From: Bacillota bacterium
GTDB taxonomy: Bacteria > Bacillota > Clostridia > Peptostreptococcales > Anaerovoracaceae
Assembly (NCBI GenBank): GCA_017612585.1
Contig: JAGAFN010000011.1
Span: 1 to 60,460 of the forward strand
Length of the DNA stretch: 60,460 bases
Direction: 5' to 3'
Of this stretch, positions 1-7,889 are shown piece by piece. Position 1 is the first letter of the stretch. Every line of letters starts with the position of its first letter. The translations under genes and the position numbers were made by a program. The notes under the pieces were generated by a model. That model was not told where the DNA came from and did not search any database. It was given only the letters and a program-made list of their open reading frames with translations.

Positions 1-60
1 CCCACACCCCAATAGAAAATGCGGTCACATATTGAAACCTCAAGATTAATAAACACAGAT

Positions 61-101
61 TTATTCACCTGGCCTGCTGCGCGGTGTCAAGGTATTTTTA
101 C
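61..101. repeat. 41-bp intergenic site, copy 1 (TTATT-N7-CC-N3-TGC-N2-G-N-TGTCAAGGTRTTTTTAC)
   Basis: Ungapped alignment with 1938-1978 and 2626-2666; 27 of 41 positions identical in all three; abuts the stop codon of the 102-752 gene. Confidence 0.85.
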
Positions 102-752
102 TTATCTTGCTATACTTATTTCAACAGCCTGTATCATTTCATTATTCTCCTGTACCTCCGGTGCGCTCCGTAATTCTTCGACGGCTATGTCGCCGTCTTG
201 CGTTTTCAGCATATTAACCTTTGCTGTATAGAGCACATTGCTCTCCCAGTAAAGCGTTCCTTCGAGTTTTATTGTGTATTCACCATCCGGAACTCTATTT
301 CCGTTCTTATCCGTCAAATCCCAGGAGTAGGTAAGTTTCCCTCCTGAAGGTGTTGCAGAAGATATAGCATCTATTTCAGCATCAGACATATCATCAGGAT
401 TTGCTGCTTTTACCCAATTGCATAAGGAGTCCTCACGATTCCTATACCCTCTTCTTCCCGCGGTAAAGTTAGTAACAAGAATGGTCTTTACGAGTTCACC
501 ATTTTCATCTTCAACCCATATGGCAATCTGGTTGGACGCATGAGTCGATGCCCTTTGATACTGAAATGTAATATCTACTCTGCTGATTGTAGGCAACGTG
601 CTTTTTTCATCAATTGTTTCTTCTTCCGTTTCTTCTGATATTATTTCAGGCGTTTCATCTTTTGGGGATTCAGATTCCTTTTGTTCATTATTAGCACAGG
701 CACCCATCGTAATCATCAGTAAACACAAAATTATTAAAGCAAACTTTTTCAT
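102..752 (-). CDS. DUF2271-family lipoprotein
   Basis: Lipobox-like MGAC after a hydrophobic signal, acidic linker, motifs NQIAIWVED, IDAISSAT and WDLTDKNG typical of DUF2271. Confidence 0.75.
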   Translation of the reverse strand: MKKFALIILCLLMITMGACANNEQKESESPKDETPEIISEETEEETIDEKSTLPTISRVDITFQYQRASTHASNQIAIWVEDENGELVKTILVTNFTAGRRGYRNREDSLCNWVKAANPDDMSDAEIDAISSATPSGGKLTYSWDLTDKNGNRVPDGEYTIKLEGTLYWESNVLYTAKVNMLKTQDGDIAVEELRSAPEVQENNEMIQAVEISIAR

Positions 753-871
753 CACTCTTTCCTTCCGGATTTACTCCCCAAACTTCTTGGAAATTCCTCA
801 TTCAAATACTTAAGGGACTCATCCCCGAAGTAAATCTTTGTTGCATTCTTATAACTGAAATCACCTAACAT
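752..871 (-). pseudogene. 5' remnant of an iron-containing alcohol dehydrogenase (BdhA-like)
   Basis: GGAGG RBS then MLGDFSYKNATKIYFGDESLKYLNEE, resembling the N-terminus of clostridial Fe-ADHs; stops after 39 codons, overlapping the next start (TGATG); not in the ORF track. Confidence 0.7.
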
Positions 872-882
872 TTTATCTCCTC

Positions 883-1404
883 CTATATAAGTCCATTTGT
901 TTTAAGCCAGCTATCTATCTGTGAATCGGAGCTTTCCACTTTACTTCCGCTAATAGCCAACCCTTTCTTTACTACTGCTTGTGAACATGCCTTCTTGATG
1001 TCCGACTCGCTATGCCCCATGCCGCTTCCTTCATTTGTGCAAAGAGGAAGAATAGTCTTTCCATCAAAGTTTAGGGCATCGAGGAATGTAAATACTGCCA
1101 TAGGCATTGTCCCCCAATAATTTGGATATCCGAGGATTATAGTATCGTATTCATCAATGCTATCCGGGATAGATATAAGTTCAGGTCTTGCATTTTCGCG
1201 CAGATGTTTCTTCGCTTCATCAATACACGTCATATAATCCGGCGAATACGGTTCCTTCATCTCAATCTTAAAAACATCTGCATCAATTCGATCTTTGATC
1301 TTGCCAACTGCAACCTCTGTGTTTCCGACTTCGATATATTTCATTGAGCCACCGAAATAGTTTTCGTCCGCTCTTGAAAAGAATGCAATTAATGTCCTTG
1401 CCAT
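883..1404 (-). CDS. Flavodoxin (Flavodoxin_4 type)
   Basis: FFSR..GNTE, LGYPNYWGTMP and TNEGSG motifs. Confidence 0.9.
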   Translation of the reverse strand: MARTLIAFFSRADENYFGGSMKYIEVGNTEVAVGKIKDRIDADVFKIEMKEPYSPDYMTCIDEAKKHLRENARPELISIPDSIDEYDTIILGYPNYWGTMPMAVFTFLDALNFDGKTILPLCTNEGSGMGHSESDIKKACSQAVVKKGLAISGSKVESSDSQIDSWLKTNGLI

Positions 1405-1414
1405 TATGTACCTC

Positions 1415-1810
1415 CTATTTCTTTTTTATATTTTCCTCATCCCAGCTTAGGACGCCTGTTTTAATTGCCTCGTCGTAGCGGGATATCTTGTAGTTGATTC
1501 TATCCATGGTGTCCTGGTATTTATCCAGTTGCCTCTGAATCTCCACCCGAACCTCTGCTAGAAGATCTCTTCGAGCTTGGAATGTACCATCTCCTTCTTG
1601 GAAGAGTTTCACATATTCAATCAGCATCTCAACTGGTACTCCTGCACTACGCATACAGACAGCATTCTCAACCCACTTTTCATCTTCCTCGGTATAGTCT
1701 CTGATGCCTCCCTTGGTGCGATTTACTTCCGGAATCACACCAACTCTCTCGTAATACCTAAGGGTATCCGGAGTCAAATCATACTTTTCACATATCTCTT
1801 TTATTGTCAT
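1415..1810 (-). CDS. MerR-family regulator (AdhR/NmlR-like)
   Basis: MTIKE..TLRYYERVG..R.Y HTH and CMR.AG motif; start moved to ATG 1810 behind a GGAGGTG RBS. Confidence 0.9.
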   Translation of the reverse strand: MTIKEICEKYDLTPDTLRYYERVGVIPEVNRTKGGIRDYTEEDEKWVENAVCMRSAGVPVEMLIEYVKLFQEGDGTFQARRDLLAEVRVEIQRQLDKYQDTMDRINYKISRYDEAIKTGVLSWDEENIKKK

Positions 1811-1849
1811 TTTCCACCTCCCGGTGCATGTTTCGGTACCGTTAGCTTG

Positions 1850-1880
1850 ATTATACAACTTGGAGTTAACTCCAAGTCAA
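1850..1880 (-). promoter_or_regulatory. MerR-type promoter with dyad operator
   Basis: TTGACT-19bp-TATAAT on the minus strand, with a perfect 20-bp palindrome ACTTGGAGTTAACTCCAAGT (1858-1877) over the spacer. Confidence 0.9.
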
Positions 1881-1896
1881 TACCCTTTTGAAAATT

Positions 1897-1925
1897 TAAG
1901 GACGACTTTTAATTAGCCGCCCTTA
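1897..1925 (-). terminator. Hairpin following repeat copy 2
   Basis: AAGGGCGGCT/AGTCGTCCTT stem (with G-U pairs) on the minus strand. Confidence 0.5.
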
Positions 1926-1937
1926 TCAAAGATGCTT

Positions 1938-1978
1938 TTATTTGTTGTTCCTACTGCCTGTTGTCAAGGTGTTTTTAC
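1938..1978. repeat. 41-bp intergenic site, copy 2
   Basis: ttatttgttgttcctactgcctgttgtcaaggtgtttttac. Confidence 0.85.
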
Positions 1979-2019
1979 AAATCTTCCTGCAAAAATATTG
2001 ACTTGGCAATGAACACTTA

Positions 2020-2409
2020 TTAAAGGTTGTAGTGTTCCTTTATCTTCTTTGAGCATTTTACTTTCCCTTTAACGTTGATGGAAGATATGCTTTCTATCAC
2101 TAAATCGTCTAAAGATTCATCGATAAGCAGTACGCCATAACCCTTAATCTTCCTTAGGTGATTGTTTTTTTGTGAAACTTCCAGTTCATTTTTTTGTAAA
2201 ACCTTAATTCCCATAAACCAAATAAAGTTCCACTTGTCATAGTGCTCCTCTTCGGCCCTGATTTTGTCCTGCTTTTGGTTCAACGACTCTCTCACAGCTT
2301 GGTTTATAAAGTCGCTTCTATTTGAAAAATAGCCTTGATCTACCAATAAATCAATTTGTGACAATGTTCCAACATTCATATTGACGGATAATTTTTCTAA
2401 ATTATCCAT
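2020..2409 (-). CDS. CopG/ribbon-helix-helix family regulator
   Basis: KLSVNMN..IDLLVDQGYFSNRSDFINQAVRE RHH pattern; GGAGG RBS before ATG 2409. Confidence 0.75.
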   Translation of the reverse strand: MDNLEKLSVNMNVGTLSQIDLLVDQGYFSNRSDFINQAVRESLNQKQDKIRAEEEHYDKWNFIWFMGIKVLQKNELEVSQKNNHLRKIKGYGVLLIDESLDDLVIESISSINVKGKVKCSKKIKEHYNL

Positions 2410-2461
2410 GGTTTTTCCTCCTACATCCATGCTCTTAATATACTCTATTTGGAGCATATAT

Positions 2462-2490
2462 AGAATATCACGTATCACATCCTATGTCAA
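2462..2490 (-). promoter_or_regulatory. Sigma-A promoter of the CopG gene
   Basis: TTGACA-17bp-TATTCT. Confidence 0.6.
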
Positions 2491-2589
2491 CATTATCTAT
2501 TACCCGCTTTATAAATACACATATCGGGTGTATTCTTGTGGCGAGATGATAATAAAGATATTCTTCCAGAATAAAACCGTCTGATAAGC

Positions 2590-2615
2590 ACAGAGGTCGC
2601 AAACGCGACCTCTGT
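2590..2615. terminator. Hairpin following repeat copy 3
   Basis: ACAGAGGTCGC-AAAC-GCGACCTCTGT, a perfect 11-bp stem. Confidence 0.6.
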
Positions 2616-2625
2616 TAATATGTTC

Positions 2626-2666
2626 TTATTCACTCTTCCCGTTGCTTGTTGTCAAGGTGTTTTTAC
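2626..2666. repeat. 41-bp intergenic site, copy 3
   Basis: ttattcactcttcccgttgcttgttgtcaaggtgtttttac. Confidence 0.85.
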
Positions 2667-2696
2667 AACTTCCAATAAAATCCAATCAATTATTGT

Positions 2697-3173
2697 TTAT
2701 TTTTCTTTGCCGTTGGGAATTCCCCACATTTCATCTGCCTTCTTTAGTAATGCATCAATATTATCTTTGTGCCTGGAAACAATATCCTCATCTTCCTTTG
2801 ACAGAGCATTGCCGTAAGAATCGATATAGATAGAATATCCTTCGTCTTCTTCATACAGAAGAACTCCCAGTTCATACTTTCCACTTAATTTTGGCCAAAT
2901 AATCAAGGCATCCGTAAAAGGATTTTCTCCCTCCGTTGGAGTGCCCACAGACATATTTCCAGTCAAAGACAGATAATCCGGATATTTAACACCAAAGTCA
3001 TACCCTTCTTCATCCGAATAAAAATATCTGGGAACAAGAAACTCATCGATCGGGTTCTCTTCCATTCCTCGTGATAATTTGCCATATTTAACACGCGACC
3101 ACCCAAACCATATGGTGTTAATAACCAAAGCTACAATCAGGATACCCACAATAATCTTGAGTGCTTTTTTCAT
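2697..3173 (-). CDS. Hypothetical membrane-anchored protein
   Basis: 158-aa ORF with an N-terminal TM/signal segment and a GGGGGAG RBS. Confidence 0.7.
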   Translation of the reverse strand: MKKALKIIVGILIVALVINTIWFGWSRVKYGKLSRGMEENPIDEFLVPRYFYSDEEGYDFGVKYPDYLSLTGNMSVGTPTEGENPFTDALIIWPKLSGKYELGVLLYEEDEGYSIYIDSYGNALSKEDEDIVSRHKDNIDALLKKADEMWGIPNGKEK

Positions 3174-3215
3174 TTCACTCCCCCCTGTTACTTCAATACC
3201 TTTCTTTGCTTTTTC

Positions 3216-4577
3216 CTACTGTAAAACTAACGGAAGCATATATGGTGGAATCTTTATTAAATTGCCATCATTTGAATAGTTCTTTGGATGAACAATATAT
3301 GACTGGCTAATTCGTTTTGAATATATCTGCCTAAACTCATCTAGAGATGTTGTTGAATAGTTCTTTGCTGACTTTACTTCTATCGGATAAATCTTCATGC
3401 TGGTTCTGCTTTCATTGGACAGCATGAAATCGATTTCTATATCATTCCTATGCTTCTCCTCGTTATACCTTGTGTAGAAAAACAGCTTTTTTCCTTGCGC
3501 GCTTATCATCTGCGCAATCATATTTTCATATATCATCCCTTTGTTCAGTGCGAGCTTTCCCGTCATGATTGAATGATATAGATTCTCACTTGCGATCTCA
3601 TTTTCACCAAATGCAAGACTGAATAAAAGGCCGGTATCACCCATATAACATTTTACAGCGGAATCATCTTTGTTCAATTCAAATCCAATATTTGGATCAG
3701 TGCACTTATAGCATAGATTGCATATCATGGAATCCCCAAGCCAGAATAGCGGATCTTCAAACATAGAGAATGTTGCTCCTTCTTCTGCTTTCTTTAGAAC
3801 TACTTTTTTCTCATGAGTTGAAAGATATGCAGGTATGTTTTCGAAAATACCAGATACTCTCATATTGTATTTTCTGGATGCCTTCCTGATATCTCCTCTG
3901 TACATGGCGAGAATATCTCTTTTTTCTATATCGCTTGCGATAAAATCGCGATTATTTTCAATATATGCAACAACGCTTTGTGGCATTCCCCCTACCAACA
4001 AGTATTCTTGGAATAGACGCATGGCCTTTGTATGCATCCTTTGTTCAAGAGGCTGCTTCTCTCTAAAGCATTTTTCTATATATTCGAGAAGGATTTCTTC
4101 CTGCAACGCAGTTGCAAATTCCTCAAAATCCAAAGGGTACATTTTTATTGTTCTTTCCTCTGAAGGAATGACAATATCAGAAACGTTTTCTTTTATCGAT
4201 ATTAAAGAGCCAGATTCCAGGTAATCATAGCGACCATCTTGAACAAGATATTTTATTGCCTCTCTAGCCGCAGGATACTTCTGGACTTCGTCAAAAACAA
4301 TCAAAGACTCTCTCTGATATAACCTGGTATTATATTCAAGCATCAGATTCTGAAAAAACACATCCAAGTTTTCCAAGTTATCAAAATTATCCTTTACAGC
4401 CTTTGATGCTTTGGCAAAATCGATGATAATATACGAACGATACTCTTTCTCCGCAAACTCTGTTAGTACAGTTGTTTTTCCAACTCGGCGTGCGCCTTCA
4501 ATAAGAAGTGCTTTGCTTCCATTGGCTTCCTTCTTCCACGCCAGAAGCTTGTCGTATATTTTTCTCTTTATATTCAT
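3216..4577 (-). CDS. AAA_14/DUF4143 ATPase
   Basis: Walker A GARRVGKT, Walker B VFDEVQ, GGMP, D.GL and C-terminal EIDF..PIEVKS. Confidence 0.88.
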   Translation of the reverse strand: MNIKRKIYDKLLAWKKEANGSKALLIEGARRVGKTTVLTEFAEKEYRSYIIIDFAKASKAVKDNFDNLENLDVFFQNLMLEYNTRLYQRESLIVFDEVQKYPAAREAIKYLVQDGRYDYLESGSLISIKENVSDIVIPSEERTIKMYPLDFEEFATALQEEILLEYIEKCFREKQPLEQRMHTKAMRLFQEYLLVGGMPQSVVAYIENNRDFIASDIEKRDILAMYRGDIRKASRKYNMRVSGIFENIPAYLSTHEKKVVLKKAEEGATFSMFEDPLFWLGDSMICNLCYKCTDPNIGFELNKDDSAVKCYMGDTGLLFSLAFGENEIASENLYHSIMTGKLALNKGMIYENMIAQMISAQGKKLFFYTRYNEEKHRNDIEIDFMLSNESRTSMKIYPIEVKSAKNYSTTSLDEFRQIYSKRISQSYIVHPKNYSNDGNLIKIPPYMLPLVLQ

Positions 4578-4608
4578 AAATTACCATCCTTCATATTGAT
4601 TCCTACAG

Positions 4609-4686
4609 TACGCAATATAGATTATACATAAATACCCCACGATACGCAACCTTCTTCGCTAGAAAATCCCAAATGATACGCAACCT
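4609..4686. repeat. TACGCAA motif x3 with 34-bp period upstream of the ATPase
   Basis: Copies at 4609, 4643 and 4677; the last two extend to GATACGCAACCT. Confidence 0.6.
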
Positions 4687-4809
4687 ATTTGGCACATAAA
4701 AGCCCCGCACTCTTTAAAAAAATGCGGTGGTTAAAAACGCACTTTCCTACCTATCCCGCTACCTCCATGTCCATTCTGCAGGCAGTTTGGCATGTATAGA
4801 AAGGAAATT

Positions 4810-5053
4810 TGGGTACAGAAATGGGTACAGAGCCTTTTTTGTTCTAAAGAATCCAGTGTTTTCAATGCTTCCAGCCCCGACCAGCTTCTTTGTCTGGCAT
4901 ATAATGGGTCTTAAAGGTCCTTAAAAAGGCACATTTAATGCTTATAAGTGGGGGCGACCTCACTATTTCCACTAAAAAAGCTCCCGAGATCACTCACTCA
5001 GGAGCTATGGAATCGCGTTCTTCCGTCAAAATGGGTACAGAACTGGGTATAGA
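4810..5053. mobile_element. Putative att-like remnant with two pairs of TGGGTAYAGA direct repeats
   Basis: Repeats at 4810/4822 and 5032/5044, each pair with a 12-bp period, at the boundary between lysS and the accessory genes. Confidence 0.45.
4974..5006 (-). terminator. Intrinsic terminator of lysS
   Basis: AGCTCCTGAG/CTCGGGAGCT stem followed by a T tract on the minus strand. Confidence 0.7.
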
Positions 5054-5081
5054 CCCATTTTTCTGTAAATTTCTTCCTTTT

Positions 5082-7055
5082 TTAGTACAGTTTTGCACCT
5101 GCCGGAATCGAGTCATCAACCATGAGGAGATTGAGCATTTCTTCACCGTCATAATTGTTAATTGCGGAGATCAGCATGCCATTACTTTCCTCTCCCATCA
5201 TCTGTCTTGGTGGAAGATTTACGATGGCGATGCAGGTCTTTCCGACCAGTTCTTCCGGAGAATAGAATTCCTTAATACCGCTCAAAATTACACGTTTTTC
5301 GGGGGTCCCATCATCCAATGTGAACTTGAGAAGCTTCTTGGATTTGGGTACCTCTTCGCAAGCCAGAACCTTTACGGCTCTAAAATCTGACTTGGAAAAA
5401 GTGTCAAAATCGACGTACTCTTCGAAGAGCGGTTCTATCTCAACTTTGCTAAAATCGATGACTTTTTTTGCCTCATTTTCGCCCTCAGAATTACCTGTTT
5501 TTCCCATTTTTTCAGCACCTACAGGCTTCATCGTCGGGAATAGAATAACATCCCTAATGCTCGGTGCGTCCGTAATCAGCATAATTACTCTGTCCACGCC
5601 GACTCCCAGGCCTCCTGTCGGCGGAAGGCCAACTTCGAGTGCGTTTACAAAGTCCATATCCATCGGATGGGCTTCATCGTCCAGGCCAAGGTCGAGTTCT
5701 CTCTGCTGCTCGACGAATCGATTGTACTGGTCGATCGGGTCGTTTAGCTCGGAGAATGCGTTTGCGATTTCCCAGCCATTTATATATGCTTCGAATCTAC
5801 GAGTCTTCCTCGGATCTTTAGGATCTCTCTTTGCGAGCGGAGAAACTTCTACCGGATGTCCCACTACGAATACAGGTCCATCTAGATATCCTGGAACGTC
5901 TTCGCAGAATGCTTCGAACATCTCGGCGATAATTTTGCCGCGAGTCCAGCCCGCTACTTCCTCTGCATCGAGTCCCTTCTCTATCGCAACCTTGCGCGCG
6001 GTCTCGTCGTCGTTAATCTCGCTGAAGTCAACTCCTGTAATTTCCTTTACGGCATCTGCCATGTCGAGTTTCTTCCAAGGCGGAGTAACGTCAAACTCCT
6101 TACCCTGATATCTAATAATCGGTTCTCCGTTAACTGCAAGCGTCGCCTTGTACACTAGCTGCTCGGTAACGTCCATTACGCTCTCCATGTTTCCGTATGC
6201 CATATAGCATTCCATGGATGTGTACTCAGGGTTATGGTTTCTATCCATTCCCTCGTTACGGAACATCTTGCCCATCTCGTAAACTCTGTCGAGTCCACCG
6301 ACGATAAGCCTCTTAAGATAAAGTTCGTTCGCGATACGAAGCTTCATATCGAGATCAAGCGTATTATGATGCGTATTGAACGGACGCGCATTGGCACCGC
6401 CCGCAATCACGGTAAGAATCGGAGTATCGACTTCGAGATAGCCGTAATCCTCTTCAAGGACCTTCTTCATCTCTTTGATGATCTTTGCTCTCTTAAGGAA
6501 TGTGTCCTTTACTTCCGGATTTACAATGAGGTCAACGTAGCGCTGTCTGTATCTAAGGTCCTGATCCTGGAGCCCGCCCCATTTGTCGGGAAGAACCTGG
6601 ATGGACTTTGATAGAAGCACAAGCTGCTCCGCATGCACGGAAATCTCATCGGTCTGGGTTTTGAAAACCTTGCCCTTGATGCCGACGATGTCGCCGATAT
6701 CGTATGTCTTGAACCACTGATAATCCTCGGCTCCGATGTCGTCACGCTTTACATAGCACTGGATTCTTCCCTGCTTATCCTGAATGTCGATGAACGCAGC
6801 CTTACCCATGATGCGCTTGCTCATGATACGACCTGCAATCGATACATCCTTTCCATCAAAGGCATCAAAGCCGTTCTTGATGTCCATGCTATGCGCAGTC
6901 ACGTCCCAGGTTTCCTGAAGGAATGGATCGCGACCTGCATCTCTAAGGGACTGCAACTTCTCTCTTCTAATCTGTCTCTGTTCGGAGAGCTGCTCTTCCG
7001 TCTGCTCAACCTGCTCGGCAACCTGCTCTTCATTAAGATTTCTGTTCTCGTCCAT
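5082..7055 (-). CDS. lysS: Lysine--tRNA ligase (class II) with C-terminal tRNA-binding OB domain
   Basis: YRQRYVDL, FRNEG, HNPEYT, GLGVGVDR and FPTMKP, then a DFRAVKV..SKKLLK..ILSGI..ESNGML domain. Confidence 0.97.
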   Translation of the reverse strand: MDENRNLNEEQVAEQVEQTEEQLSEQRQIRREKLQSLRDAGRDPFLQETWDVTAHSMDIKNGFDAFDGKDVSIAGRIMSKRIMGKAAFIDIQDKQGRIQCYVKRDDIGAEDYQWFKTYDIGDIVGIKGKVFKTQTDEISVHAEQLVLLSKSIQVLPDKWGGLQDQDLRYRQRYVDLIVNPEVKDTFLKRAKIIKEMKKVLEEDYGYLEVDTPILTVIAGGANARPFNTHHNTLDLDMKLRIANELYLKRLIVGGLDRVYEMGKMFRNEGMDRNHNPEYTSMECYMAYGNMESVMDVTEQLVYKATLAVNGEPIIRYQGKEFDVTPPWKKLDMADAVKEITGVDFSEINDDETARKVAIEKGLDAEEVAGWTRGKIIAEMFEAFCEDVPGYLDGPVFVVGHPVEVSPLAKRDPKDPRKTRRFEAYINGWEIANAFSELNDPIDQYNRFVEQQRELDLGLDDEAHPMDMDFVNALEVGLPPTGGLGVGVDRVIMLITDAPSIRDVILFPTMKPVGAEKMGKTGNSEGENEAKKVIDFSKVEIEPLFEEYVDFDTFSKSDFRAVKVLACEEVPKSKKLLKFTLDDGTPEKRVILSGIKEFYSPEELVGKTCIAIVNLPPRQMMGEESNGMLISAINNYDGEEMLNLLMVDDSIPAGAKLY

Positions 7056-7071
7056 AATCTCTTCCTTTTAA

Positions 7072-7116
7072 ATCTTTATCTCTTGATATCTTTATCTCTT
7101 TATATCTTTATCTCTT
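7072..7116. repeat. 16-bp tandem repeat x3 in the greA-lysS spacer
   Basis: ATCTTTATCTCTT at 7072, 7088 and 7104. Confidence 0.8.
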
Positions 7117-7224
7117 CCGACGATATCTGTTCGATTACTACTATAGATTGTTACTATATTTCTTCCATATATTACATTGCCGGCATATATTTCAATGCCG
7201 GCAGCAAACAAATCCAAAACTCTA

Positions 7225-7710
7225 TTATGCTGTCCTGGTGATATCTATGATTTCCAATCTAATCGGTTTTCCGTTCGGTGCGGAGACCTCAACCTTGTCT
7301 CCAACCTTCTTGCCGAAGAGTGCCTTTCCTACGACTGATTCAACGGAAACTTTGATCGGATCCGAGAACGGATCGATTTCTGTTGCGTCAACGAGGCTAT
7401 AGCTTTCTTCTGATTTTGATCTCGTGTCTCTAACCTTTACGGTGAGGCCAAGATTAACCATATCGAGTGTGAGATCTTCATCCTTTATGATAGTAGCTGT
7501 TCTCAGGCGCTCGGATAGCTTCATGATGCGAGCCTCGAGTTCTGCCTGTGCTTCCTTTGCCGCATCGTATTCAGCGTTCTCGGAAAGGTCGCCAAAGGCG
7601 CGAGCTTCCTTAAGGCTCTCTGCTATCTCCGGTCTCTGCGCAATAAGCTCATCTCTTTCTCTCTTAAGCTTATTATAGCTTTCCTGAGTCATTACGTTTT
7701 CTTGTGTCAT
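7225..7710 (-). CDS. greA: Transcription elongation factor GreA
   Basis: GDLSENAEYDAAKE motif. Confidence 0.96.
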   Translation of the reverse strand: MTQENVMTQESYNKLKRERDELIAQRPEIAESLKEARAFGDLSENAEYDAAKEAQAELEARIMKLSERLRTATIIKDEDLTLDMVNLGLTVKVRDTRSKSEESYSLVDATEIDPFSDPIKVSVESVVGKALFGKKVGDKVEVSAPNGKPIRLEIIDITRTA

Positions 7711-7889
7711 TCCAACTAACTCCTTTCACTTGGGCATATGCGTCGCTCTCAAGTAGCTTTTATTTTCGCTCTAACTCGCCCATGTATATACCGCAGTATT
7801 ATACTTGCAAAACCCCTTTTTGTCAATTGCCGAAATCCTTGCAATTTGGGGATTTTCTCGATGTTTTGGCCTGCAAAATTACGCTGCTT

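Noticed and set aside
61-2666. Classical integron attC sites
   Set aside because: The repeats lack the RYYYAAC/GTTRRRY ends and internal dyad of attC; no intI is in the window
4948-4975. Possible tRNA/tmRNA 3'-end fragment (GGCGACCTCACTATTTCCACTA)
   Set aside because: Too degenerate: no GTTCGA T-loop and no cloverleaf
5320-6108. Long plus-strand ORFs antisense to lysS and other core genes (also e.g. 18583-19272, 44044-44712)
   Set aside because: Shadow ORFs of well-supported minus-strand genes, with no recognisable motifs
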